A stretch of DNA of 63,978 bases, counting the filler, from Octopus bimaculoides (lineage: Eukaryota), in NCBI RefSeq assembly GCF_001194135.2. It is 6 parts of 5 records of this genome, joined end to end, with 100 filler letters (N's around TTAATTAATTAA, not from the genome) between each part and the next. Parts side by side here need not be neighbours in the genome. Positions count along the whole stretch, not along the records: positions 14,300 to 19,504 come from NC_068994.1; positions 19,605 to 41,549 come from NC_068985.1; 4 more parts are not named here. One strand, written 5' to 3'. A program made the translations under genes and the position numbers. The notes under the pieces were generated by a model. That model made no database searches, was not told where the DNA came from, and saw nothing but the letters and a program-made list of their open reading frames with translations. This document shows positions 14,300 to 25,234 of this stretch, piece by piece. Each line of letters starts with the position of its first letter. The stretch's first letter is position 1.

Positions 14300-14672
14300 A
14301 TACACACATATATGAGCAGGGATAGAGAATTTCACATCTTCATTTGATGATTACTCCATACAGAACCGACGATTGTTTCTATCGTACCAATATATATTAA
14401 TATAGTGAAAGGTATTAATTGCCAATCAATCCAATATATCTGAAATCTGTGCGAACACTTTTATCAAGCAAACCTATAACAGTCTGAATTTAAAGCGAAC
14501 TGGTATAATTTATTTCTTTATTGCTCACAGGACGCTAAACATAGAGGGGACAAAGAAGGACAGACAAAGGGCTTAAGTCGATTATATCGACCCCAGTGCG
14601 TAACTGGTACTTATTTAAACGACCCCGAAAGGATGAAAGGCAAAATATGTTTACTGTATCATTAATACTTAC

Positions 14673-14705
14673 TTTTTCTGGGGTGATAAGGTTGCAACTA
14701 TCATC
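14673..14705 (-). CDS. Candidate 33-nt micro-exon A of an unidentified gene
   Basis: ttttctctattgcag|GATGATAGTTGCAACCTTATCACCCCAGAAAAA|gtaagtat; phase 0 reads DDSCNLITPEK, phase 2 reads MIVATLSPQK; phase 1 has TGA. Confidence 0.62.
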
Positions 14706-15169
14706 CTGCAATAGAGAAAATAAGATAGTAAGATTGATAAAGAATTTAGTACATGTAAATTCGTAAACTATTAAGTATATGTAACGTTGCATCTGTCCAC
14801 TGTATCTTGGGTCATCCCGTAAATAATGCGGGTTTTTCAATTGCCTCTTAAAATTCTTAGGTTGCTTGATTGTTATAATGGTCTTATTCATACCAAGTTT
14901 GCTGCCGAGGTTCAGGTAGCCACCTTTGCTCTTCATTTCACTATTTCTATTAATTAGAGACATTTTTCCTTGTTGTTCACTTTATTTACACTGCTTTTTC
15001 TATTATCAATAAAGATTGTCTTACTATTCATCCTAATGACGCATGCCATAATGTTTTATTTTTATCGTTATGGTGATGGATATCATTATTCATGTTCCAG
15101 TTCATATGCATCTTTTATTCTTAATCTCGTCTTCATGCATATGATAATTTTTCTCCTTTTAACCAGTTC

Positions 15170-15760
15170 CAGTTAAAGCTGAATTGTAGTATTTAACGTT
15201 TTGCTTAGATATGTTTTCATTAGCTGAAAATATAGAGATTCTAAAGGAGACGCTTCCAATTATAGAATTTGTAATTGCTTCGGATGGTTAGAATTTCTAC
15301 TCACATATCTGAAGTTCTCATTTGGTTTGTGATACTGATTAAAAAGGCCCGTGTTACAATCCAAGGTAAAATCTAGAAAATTTACATATATACATGCATT
15401 CTCCAGGAAGGTAGATAGTCCTAAGGCCTTAAAAAATTCAAAGTGTTTTTTCTACACCTTTCTCAGTTAACCTTACTTCACATATAAACAGCAAATAAAC
15501 TGCCATCCGTTTATAATCTCTTCATTAGTTCGGGATATTGCCTATTTAAGTACTGAAATATATGAACGTCTACTAAATCAGTAATTTGTGCTGGACCCCT
15601 TTGTGATATGAAAGTTGTTCGGTCTGCCGTCTTTTGTCCATTATTTACACTCAAATTAGTTATAAGCTTCGTACCTGCTAAAATAATATTTACCCCTTTC
15701 TAAATAAATTGGAGTTGTTCATCACAAAGATGAGCACCTTATTTAGTAAAATAGGGTTTA
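15170..15760 (-). mobile_element. Penelope-like element RT remnant
   Basis: VNFLDFTLDCNTGLFNQYHKPNENFRYVSRNSNHPK matches the PLE RT motif NFLD.T....G....Y.KPN....Y....SNHP. Confidence 0.75.
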
Positions 15761-16093
15761 TGGAAAGATAATAATTAAATATATCAATTTGGATAAACTT
15801 AGTATTTTATGTATGTATGTATGTATGAATGCATGTATGTATGTATATGTGTGTGCGTGCACAAGTACTGGAATAAGTAAAAGAATAAAGTCAAAGAATA
15901 TACGCGTACTTACATACAGATACACATATATAAATATGTGTGTGCGTGTGTGTGTGTGTTTCTATGTGTATGTGTCTATGCGTGTTTGTGTGTGAGCGTG
16001 TGTGTTTTCTGTGTGTGATATTCCCAGTAAACTCACAGTCATGAAACTTTGTCATGTCTTGTAAAATATGTTTACTGTATCATTAATACTTAC

Positions 16094-16126
16094 TTTTGGG
16101 GGGCACGAAGATTTGCAACCATCACC
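16094..16126 (-). CDS. Candidate 33-nt micro-exon B of an unidentified gene
   Basis: ttttctctattgcag|GGTGATGGTTGCAAATCTTCGTGCCCCCCAAAA|gtaagtat; phase 0 GDGCKSSCPPK, phase 2 VMVANLRAPQ. Confidence 0.62.
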
Positions 16127-16615
16127 CTGCAATAGAGAAAATAAGACAGTAAGATTGATAAAGAATTTAGTACATGTAAATTCGTAAATTATTAAGTATA
16201 TGTAATGTTGCATCTGTCCGCTATGTCTTGGGTCATCCCGTAAATAATGCGGGTTTTTCAATTGCATGAACTAAAAGTCGGAGAAATTTGTCCAGATTCC
16301 GTTTAAAGGTCATGGGATCCTTTATGTCTTTGATCTGTTTTGGGATAAACAATGATAAACAGGGCTGTTCTTGTTGAGGAAAAGAAGTTGTTGCAACAAT
16401 ACCAACAATACTAGCAGCAGCAGCAGCAGAAGCAGCAGCAGCAATAGTATCAACAACAACAGCAATTCTTAGAACAACACTAGCAGAGTCATATTTTTAT
16501 AGTTCTTGGATGCCTTAAACCTCTTCTCATCCAACTTTGCCTACAAGATAACATGAACAATAATAAGATGGATTCATATGTCCCTAAAGTATTTTCTTTT
16601 CTTGCTTACATCAGG

Positions 16616-16948
16616 AGTGGAGGCACAATGGCCCAGGGGTTAGGGCAGCGGACTCGTGGTCATAGGATCGTGGTTTCGATACCCATGTGAGTGTTTATTG
16701 AGCGAAAACACCTAAAAGCTCCACCAGGCTCCGGCATGGGATGGTGGCGAACCCTGCTGTACTCTTTCACCACAACTTTCTCTCACTCTTTCTTCCTGTT
16801 TCTGTTGTGCCTGTATTTTAAAGGGACCAGCTTTATCACACTGTGTCACGCTGAACATCCCCGAGAACTACGTTAAGGGTACACGTGTCTGTGGAGTGCT
16901 CAGCCACTTGCACGTTAATTTCACGAGCAGGCTGGAACCCTCGACAAA
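16616..16948 (+). mobile_element. tRNA-derived SINE of a second family, 11-bp TSD
   Basis: CTTACATCAGG at 16605-16615 and 16949-16959; tRNA-like head; absent from the paralogous site near 18890. Confidence 0.85.
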
Positions 16949-17642
16949 CTTACATCAGGTCTCTACACCGCCATGTAAAGGCAGGTCACCAATTGGTTAA
17001 TGTGTTGGACTCACGAAGTGGGTTCGATTCATACACCGGGAGGCGTGCTACGATATCGCATTGTTCAAGTCTACTCAGCCAAAGGTTTTCAGGCCGAATT
17101 TGATGTTTTTTATGCCTCCTTCTTTCAGAAACAGTTTAATGTATTATTGGACAACCAAGGGCTTTGGAGATCATAAAGATAAAAGCTGTAGTTGAGAAAC
17201 AGTTAGCTGACATAGAGAACTAGAAGCCATCTAAATATTGTCTAGAGCTACGAAAAAATTAACTAGTGTATTAATGGTTATTTAGGTCCCATATGGAACA
17301 TTATATCATGTAACTTCTCTCATGCAAGTACTCCACTTTCTAGGGTTTAATACTATAATCATTACACTTTACTATATACCCATGTATATAGGCTTTAGTA
17401 AAAATGTGAGAGAAACCAACCTCTGGGTTCGGGTCATTCACATTATTATCATTCCTATTACTATATGTTTTTTTTTTGTTATTACTACTACTATTATTAT
17501 CATCTTTACCAGCATTACTATCATTAATTTCATTATCAATATTATTATTATCCCTCTTAAAATTCTTAGGTTACTTGGTTGTTATAACGGTCTTATTCAT
17601 ACCAAGATTGCTTCCGAGGTTCACGTACATGCACGTACACAT

Positions 17643-17689
<47 letters not shown>

Positions 17690-17854
17690 AGTGTGTGTGT
17701 GTGTGTGTGTGTGTACCTGTATGTGTATGCACGTAAGTGTGCATGTGTGTGTATGTGTGTGTGTTTGTGTGTGTGCATGTGTGAGAGCGTGTATGTGTGC
17801 GTGTGTGTGTGCGCGCGTGTGTGCGCGCGTGTGTGCGTGTGTGTGTGAGCCTGT

Positions 17855-18024
17855 GTGTAGTTGTGTGGTAAGTAGCTTGCTTATCAACCACATGCTTATG
17901 AACCACATGGTTCAGGGTTCAGTCCCACTGCGTGGCACTTTGGGCAAGTGTCTTCTACTATAGCCTTGGGCCGACCAGAGCCTTGTGAGTGGATCTGGTA
18001 GACGGAAACTGAAAGAAGCCCGTC

Positions 18025-18061
<37 letters not shown>

Positions 18062-18143
18062 NNNNNNNNNNNNNNNNNNNNNNNNNNNNNNNNNNNNNNN
18101 NNNNNNNNNNNNNNNNNNNNNNNNNNNNNNNNNNNNNNNNNNN

Positions 18144-18183
<40 letters not shown>

Positions 18184-18357
18184 TTTGTGTGTCTGTGTTT
18201 GTCCCCCAACATCGCTTGACAACCGATGCTGGTAAAAAGGGACCGATAGAATAAGTACTAGGCTTCCAAAGAATAAGTCCTGTGGTCGATTTGCTCGACT
18301 AAAAGCGGTGCTCCAGCATGGCCACAGTAAAATGACTGAAATAAGTAAAAGAGTAAA
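17855..18357 (+). mobile_element. tRNA-derived SINE of a third family (internal TA/TG microsatellite)
   Basis: gtggtaag..ggttcagtcccactgcgtggcac head, ..actgaaataagtaaaagagt tail; sister copies at about 9195, 10600-10950 (-), 33620-33960, 37808, 38460-38745, 42165-42470 (-), 52888-53322 and 61460. Confidence 0.85.
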
Positions 18358-18420
18358 ACTCACAGTCATTAAATTTTGTAAAATATGTTTGTAAAATGCT
18401 TACTGTATCATTATACTTAC

Positions 18421-18453
18421 TTCTGTTGAGAATAAATATTTGCAATCGTCACT
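18421..18453 (-). CDS. Candidate 33-nt micro-exon C of an unidentified gene
   Basis: ttttctctattgcag|AGTGACGATTGCAAATATTTATTCTCAACAGAA|gtaagtat; phase 0 SDDCKYLFSTE, phase 2 VTIANIYSQQ. Confidence 0.62.
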
Positions 18454-19204
18454 CTGCAATAGAGAAAATAAGACAGTAAGATTGATAAAGAATTTAGTAC
18501 ATGTAAATTCGTAAATTATTAAGTATATGTAAATGTTGCATCTGTCCGCTATGTCTTGGGTCATCCTGTAAATAATGCGGGTTTTTCAATTGCATGTACT
18601 AAAAGTCGGAGAAATTTGTCCAGATTCCGTTTAAAGGTGATGGGATCCTTTACCTCTTTGATCTGTTTTGGGATAAACAATGATAAACAGGGCTGTTCTT
18701 GTTGAGGAAAAGAAGTTGTTGCAACAATACCAACAATACCAGTAGCAATTCTTAGAACAACACTAGTAGAGTCATATTTTTATAGTTCTTGAATGCCTTA
18801 AACTTTTTCTCATTCAACTTTGTCTACAAGATAACATGAACAATAATAATAAGATGAGTTTTTATGTCCCAAAAGTATTTTCTTTTCTTGCTCACGTCAG
18901 GTCTCTACACTGCCATGTAAAGTTAGGTCACCAAGTGGTTAATGTGTTAGACCCACGAAATGGGCTCGATTCCTGTACCGGGCGGCGTGCTGAGTCCACC
19001 GGCCGGTGTGCTTCGATGTCGCATTGTTCAAGTCTACTCAGCCAAAGGATTTCAGGTTGAATTTGGTGATTTCTTTATGCCTCCTTTTTTCAGAAACAGT
19101 TTGATGTATTATTGAACAGTCAAGGGCGTTGGTGAGCATAAAAATTAAAGTTGTAGTTGAGAATCAGTTAGTTGACATGGAGAACTAGAAGCCATCTGAA
19201 TATT

Positions 19205-19490
19205 GGAAAATAATTACCGGAAACATGATGGTTCGAGCCGGGTAATAAAATGCCACCATGACTGCAGAACACTACTCTGTGAACACAGTAAAAGCTGTAA
19301 GACATGACATGGACAGCCGCAGACTACGAAGCCGTGACTAACAGCAAGATTAACAGAAGGCGTTCTGACTGCGACCGCAGGCCAGGCTTTACCCTACATC
19401 TTTGAACAGGACCTTAGGCTCAGTTCAGACGGCTATGTGAAGCTGCTGGGGACTGGCCACATCCTGATTAGAAAACGACGGCCATATATA
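19205..19490 (+). mobile_element. Tc1/mariner-superfamily transposase N-terminal fragment
   Basis: Fragments VNTVKAVR and DYEAVTNSKINRRRSDC resemble the DNA-binding region of Tc1/mariner transposases (recalled similarity, not searched). Confidence 0.4.
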
Positions 19491-19923
19491 TGTATGTATA
19501 TATANNNNNNNNNNNNNNNNNNNNNNNNNNNNNNNNNNNNNNNNNNNNTTAATTAATTAANNNNNNNNNNNNNNNNNNNNNNNNNNNNNNNNNNNNNNNN
19601 NNNNTATATATATATATATATGTATGTATGTAAAGACAACATACTTGCACACAGTTTCCATGAACCAAATTCCCTGACAAGCCATTGTTTGTCTCAGGGC
19701 CATATTAGAAAATACTTGTCCATAGAACTGGGCAGTGAGACTTTACCTGAAACCATGTAGTTGCAAAGTCAGCTTCTTAACCACACAGTCATGCTACTAT
19801 TTCAAAGCTGAGACATCAAACTTTATGCAATTTGCTACAAAACGAAACAGAGATATAAGAAATTTTCTACAGTTAAATATTCAACAAAATTTATCAAAAT
19901 ATAAATAAAAAATGTTTTCTTAC

Positions 19924-20018
19924 TGATATCTTTTATAAGAAGCTTCCAAGTTCCAATCGGAGATTCACCCCAGCATCTAACAGTACTAAACCACCAGCCT
20001 TTTAAACCTCTGTCAGAC
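19924..20018 (-). CDS. PCSK7: PCSK7 internal exon, P domain (last one visible)
   Basis: 95 nt, phase 2 to 1; (K)SDRGLKGWWFSTVRCWGESPIGTWKLLIKDI; FSTVRCWGE is PC7-diagnostic. The 12 exons total 1306 nt in one frame. Confidence 0.94.
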
Positions 20019-20988
20019 CTATTTTGAAAAGCAAATAAACATTTTAACATACAATTTTTATGATACTGTTTTCGTATTTAATCATATTCACAGTAATCAT
20101 CAACATCATAATTCCCAATTTAGTATGATTTGAATAGATATTTTCTATAATGTGTCTAGTTTGTCAACAGAAAGCCTCTGCTTGCTATAAATATTAGCCA
20201 AATATCCTTCATATTACACATTCCATCTTATAAAAGGTGAGACATATTGAGAATTGTAGGCCTAAATAAACAATCCCTGAGTAAAAGATGGAATGGTCAC
20301 AGTTGGAATGTCTTTAAATATTGGTCTGCTCAGTCAGAGCTGACATCATTTCTTTCCATATCTTCAGACTACCATTGCCACAAATCTCTTCCTCTTTCTC
20401 ATTCAGCATGTATAACCCATTTATATCACATATTCATACCACCACAACCATCCATCTTGCATACATGAAGTGATACCTTTAATGCTCTAACTTTCATGAA
20501 GGTAAATAAATTTCTTTTACATTCATTTCACAATACAAGCACAGGTGAAATGAATTTGCCAATTTGGATATTAGCATACTGTTGAAATAGTTATATTTAC
20601 AATTGAAAGAAGTGCTGACCACCTGAACATGAAAAATCAGATTGAGAAAAGCATAGCAACACCTGGAAAATGGCTTTCATAAAGCTTGAACTCACGGCAT
20701 TTGGTTTAGCTTATATAGCTAGTTACTTGTATTGTGTCTTACTTGCTAGATTCTGCACTAAACTCTGATACAATCCTTCCTCCTCCAAACAACTGAATTC
20801 TTCACTTATCCACGTTTTCTTTACAAACATTGACCTACAGATATTTAAACTGAACATCAATAATACTGATCTCACTTTCTCTTTCCTTTGACCAACTTAT
20901 TTTTTAAAAATATGAATCTTTTAAATGTAGAATGAAGAAGATATTTTCAATTGAAAACTAATAATATAAAAACTGAAATGATAATTAC

Positions 20989-21145
20989 TTGTCACTTGCT
21001 CTAGGTGGAGCAATCATTGAATTAGTACCACTTGGACACAGTAGTCGGATATCTAACTGACCACGAAAATAGTGAGTTACATTAACTGTAACTAATACAT
21101 GTTCAAGAACATTCAGTACATATCCTTGTAGGTCTTTCTCAGTTA
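20989..21145 (-). CDS. PCSK7: PCSK7 internal exon, P domain
   Basis: 157 nt, phase 1 to 2; (V)TEKDLQGYVLNVLEHVLVTVNVTHYFRGQLDIRLLCPSGTNSMIAPPRASD; LEHV..RGxL..CPSG P-domain motifs (RGQ at the RGD-like site). Confidence 0.94.
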
Positions 21146-23058
21146 CTGCAAAATATAATTTTCAAATAAGTAAATATAATTCATATGGTTTTTTACAAAC
21201 TTCTGAAATTATCAGCTACACTTGTCCAGAAAAGCCAAACTACAATTGTAAAAATTTATTAAAAGAGAATGCAGCTGTGAAAGCAACAGAATTTTAAATT
21301 AAGCTGAGAAGCATATAAAAATAGTAATGTTATTTAATCTAAACTTTCTGCTGCCTATCTCATTTTTTTAAACTCTCATTACAGTTATTTTAAAAATTTT
21401 GGAATAGAAAGAATTACAATTACTGAGAAACACTTCCTTTCTGATTTTGTGACGTTGTTTCTAATGAAATACGTTGCCAATGTTTTTGATTAGGTTTGAA
21501 AATAATCAAGAATATGGATTTAGTAAAACAATGTTTTTCATCAAGCTGGAGTATAGAATATAACAAAACATTCTTCATTAAGATCACGACAGAAGGTTTT
21601 AATAAAAACATGAACTATAAAACAGGGAGTTTTGTATTATAAAACCAGAGGCTGTCTAGGAATGATTGGTATCAAATGGGTAAGGTATAAGCTTTTGGGT
21701 ATAAAATTACCTTTAAATCTTTTCATTGTTATTAGAATGTTTGGATAGAAGAAAAAGATTTGATACATTTAAATAAGCATAAAAAATGTTTTAGGGTCAT
21801 TTTCCCTGCTAAAGTTAGGGTTAATCATGTAGGTTTCATGACAGTTTACTCATCATGGTTCCATGATTTTTGAAGTAGTGTTTTAGTTTGAATGTCCTTC
21901 CTGTCACCAACCTTTTTACTTGCTTCTTACAATAATGTTTCCTTGTTTATAATTTGAGACAATTACCAAAAACAAAACCAAAAATCAATATTTTAATGCT
22001 TTAGTATTTAAACCAGCCACATCTGGCCCAAATAGCCTATCTGTTTTATGTGCAAACTGGCCAGATCTGATCTCTTACAACTATCCTACAATGTCATTTA
22101 CAGCATTTAATAAAGAAAAAGCACAATTTACATTAGAAAAGTCTTCTTAGTCCAAAATTCGATACTAAATGAATTTTAATATCAACTTGCCCCTCAGTGT
22201 AATCCATGTAATATGTAAAGAAGTTTCTTCAACTTCAATTAGATGCTAAAGTTTAATTTCTGCATTAGTTCACTTTTGAAACTATTAAAATGAAATACAT
22301 TAATACTATAAGTCAATAAAATCTTTAATCTTTAAAAATTAAACTGTTTCAGATCTCATTGACATTATTGGATCACAAATGATCTTTAACAAAAAAGTAT
22401 TCTACGAATGAAAGACAAACAAATTTAATGAATTTATATACTATAAAATAGCTATTTATAACAGAAAAAGCTTAACACCACAAATATCCATAATTCAAGT
22501 TTGAGTAGCATTAAGTGAATAAGAAAATAAAATTTTCCTGGATAGGATGTTGGGTTATTGCAGATAACTTTTCTTCATAAAGAAACTGAACTTAGTACTT
22601 ACTCCAAAGCAGCAAATTTTTGAGTTGCCATTGCTTATAGTAATGAACCATATCATCCATGATAATTTAGAGCCACATGAACTCATGAGAGATCTGCTAC
22701 ATGGTTATTCTAATTTCTAGAAATAGCAACTAAATCTCCTTCAAATTAAAATTTACTGTCATAATAATGACAACACATAGGATAATGTGGCAATGCAAGT
22801 ACACTGCCAGGGGAAAGTGGAAATGTTCATGGCTGGAATGTCTGCTCAATCAAACTGACTTGAGTGTTCAATAATGTTTTAGAGCTAGGTGGACTCAAGT
22901 ATTAAAAATTAATTGATATGGCCACTGACACATTACAGTACCAATACCAGGCATAAATGACCACTCTCTCAGCTGGTTTACCAATCCTCCATAAACATGA
23001 TCATCAGAAAGTTATATTAAAAAACAAATTATCAGTTAAATAAAAATAATTCTCAAAC

Positions 23059-23158
23059 CTTCATAAGTTGACACAGACCAGTTTTCTTTAGGTATTACTT
23101 TGTTAAGTGTTATAATTTCAGTTTCATACTCAGTAAGCCATGGAACAATCTTCCAAAC
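23059..23158 (-). CDS. PCSK7: PCSK7 internal exon (catalytic to P-domain linker)
   Basis: 100 nt, phase 0 to 1; VWKIVPWLTEYETEIITLNKVIPKENWSVSTYE; phases fit both neighbouring exons. Confidence 0.88.
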
Positions 23159-23586
23159 CTATAATGCTCATCATGAAAAATAACATTATTGTCAATTGAA
23201 ACCAATATATAAAATATATATAAAAACTATCAGCTGAATACCATTAAATGTGCTTCTAAGTTTCTATATAATATTATCATATTGACTTTTTAATCTTTTC
23301 AATCTTCTTAGTCAGTTTGGAAAGAACCCATAATTAAAGATTTGAACCAAAGACAGGTTTTGGGTTAAAAACTAGTTTGAGTATTAACAAAGTATTTGTT
23401 TTTCAAAATCCATTTTTGTTTTATTCTTACATTAAATTCAAACAAGAATTAAAAAAATAGAAACTGATTCAGTAACTAAATTGAAAGAAAGGAAAAGAAG
23501 AACATAAACATTTCTTTAAAACACTTAATAAGAATATGATGCTATTATAAAATAAGCTTATTAAGATGATTGACATGTTGACATAC

Positions 23587-23691
23587 CTTGGCTGCATTGA
23601 CCAGATGCCATGCTTTCATCAAACCAAATCCATGTTGATGGCTATGTTTCAAGCCAGCTGCATTCAGTGTCCATTTGGCATTAGTATCGAC
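23587..23691 (-). CDS. PCSK7: PCSK7 internal exon
   Basis: 105 nt, phase 0-0; [35 protein letters not shown], matching PC7 [20 protein letters not shown]. Confidence 0.95.
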
Positions 23692-24243
23692 CTGACATAT
23701 TAAGAAATTTATTTACATATTATCATTGTGGTTATGTGAAGAGAATTAGAGCTGTTTTTTTTTTAATTAGTCCTACAGAAAGTTGAAAGGGATATAAATT
23801 GAACAAATCAGCTAGATTCAAGGAATTATTTTACGTTAGTTATTTTTATAACTAATCACTAATTATATTCACACAAGAGATCAATAATATTTCAAGAGAC
23901 AACACTAGTAAAAATGCTGCCAGATCAAATAAAATTTAAAATCTAAAATATTTAATGAATAGTATAAATATATCAAATGCTTATTTTGATTCTAATTAAA
24001 AAAGTAAACAACCCAAATATTTTTATTTATTTTTTCCATCTGCAAGACTGTTATTAGTTTATAAATTTAGGTATTTTATGTGAGTTTCAAGTCAGTGTCA
24101 GACTGGATGTTTTCCTTAGTTAAGCTTCAAAATTATAAAATTTACCTTATTGCTTAGATAGTGGCTTGTAATATTTATGTATTATTAGGCTCACATAAAA
24201 AAAATATATACCCAACCTATTTGTAAACAAACATCATACTAAC

Positions 24244-24411
24244 TGAAACTGCTGATAATATAATCAAGTGCTGAACATCTCTCCATGTAAGGCAGGGCTG
24301 CACTTCCAATAATAACGCAATCATCCCAGCTGCAATTGGTGCTGCAGCACTTGTTCCTGTATGATCAGATGTGCAGCCATCCCCTGTGTTTTTCGACCAG
24401 TCAGTGGTCAC
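24244..24411 (-). CDS. PCSK7: PCSK7 internal exon with catalytic Ser
   Basis: 168 nt, phase 0-0; [56 protein letters not shown] contains HTGTSAAAP and LTWRDVQH. Confidence 0.96.
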
Positions 24412-25033
24412 CTGACATAAATGAATATCAAGTATTTTTTTCAAGTATTAAAATGAAGTTCCTATATTAAATTAGTATAAATTGTTTATTAATTGAAATC
24501 TCTAATAGATTTACTTCATAAACATTATACTGAAGGTTACCAAATAATCTTTCCACAAAATTTTCATATCTTAATTCAGTTCTCATTTACTCAGATGCTA
24601 GTTGTGAAACATTCACCTGCCCAGTTGGAATGCTGATGAAATCATTCCATGCCATTGATACCTTAGTGTTACATTTAAGTAGAACTGACCAAAAATATTA
24701 AGCAATAATGAATGCTTAATTAGGAGCTGTATAAAGCAAAAATAAATAAATAAATGAAGTGTTTAGAAAATTGGTAGAGGGAAAATTGTTATAAATAAAG
24801 TAATTTATTAACTACTTTAGATATCACACAAACACCCAAAGTTTCATATATATATATATATAGGATTTGAGGGGAAAATAGAAAGAAATCAATTCAAAAA
24901 CATATAAGAGACATTTCCCAATATTAGGGTTGTGTAATTCATTAAGGATTATTCAAATTATTACAAAAAAATACTACTAAGCTAGTTATTTTAGCTTGTT
25001 AGTGAAGAAATGTTTGCTACAGGAAGTACTTAC

Positions 25034-25134
25034 AATAGAACGGGCATTACTTCCACCACTGCTAAAGGTCACAGCTAGCATGGCAGCACATTTTTCAGCA
25101 TAATAGGGCATCTGACCATATTCATCAACAGCAC
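25034..25134 (-). CDS. PCSK7: PCSK7 internal exon
   Basis: 101 nt, phase 1 to 0; (G)AVDEYGQMPYYAEKCAAMLAVTFSSGGSNARSI; gtaagt donor. Confidence 0.95.
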
Positions 25135-25234
25135 CTAGATATTTGGAAAGGGCAAATTCATTTCCATATGAAACTTTAGTACATTACAAAGATAAAGGTG
25201 ATTCTTTCAAAAAAAGAATGAGACAGGAGGAATA

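Larger units (their letters stand above)
14644..19200. repeat. Local tandem triplication (units about 1.4-2.3 kb), each carrying one micro-exon
   Basis: Shared block aaatatgtttactgtatcatt...caattgc at about 14644-14845, 16063-16265 and 18380-18595; B and C additionally share about 16265-17250 and 18595-19200; A and B share ctcttaaaattcttagg...gaggttca at about 14846 and 17553. Confidence 0.9.

Noticed and set aside
16094-16126. Micro-exon B (GDGCKSSCPPK) as the PC7 C-terminal DDFALPCPPG segment
   Set aside because: Only the CPP matches, copies A and C lack it, the intervening phase-1 PCSK7 exon is absent, and the block lies across an artificial join and is CpG-rich.
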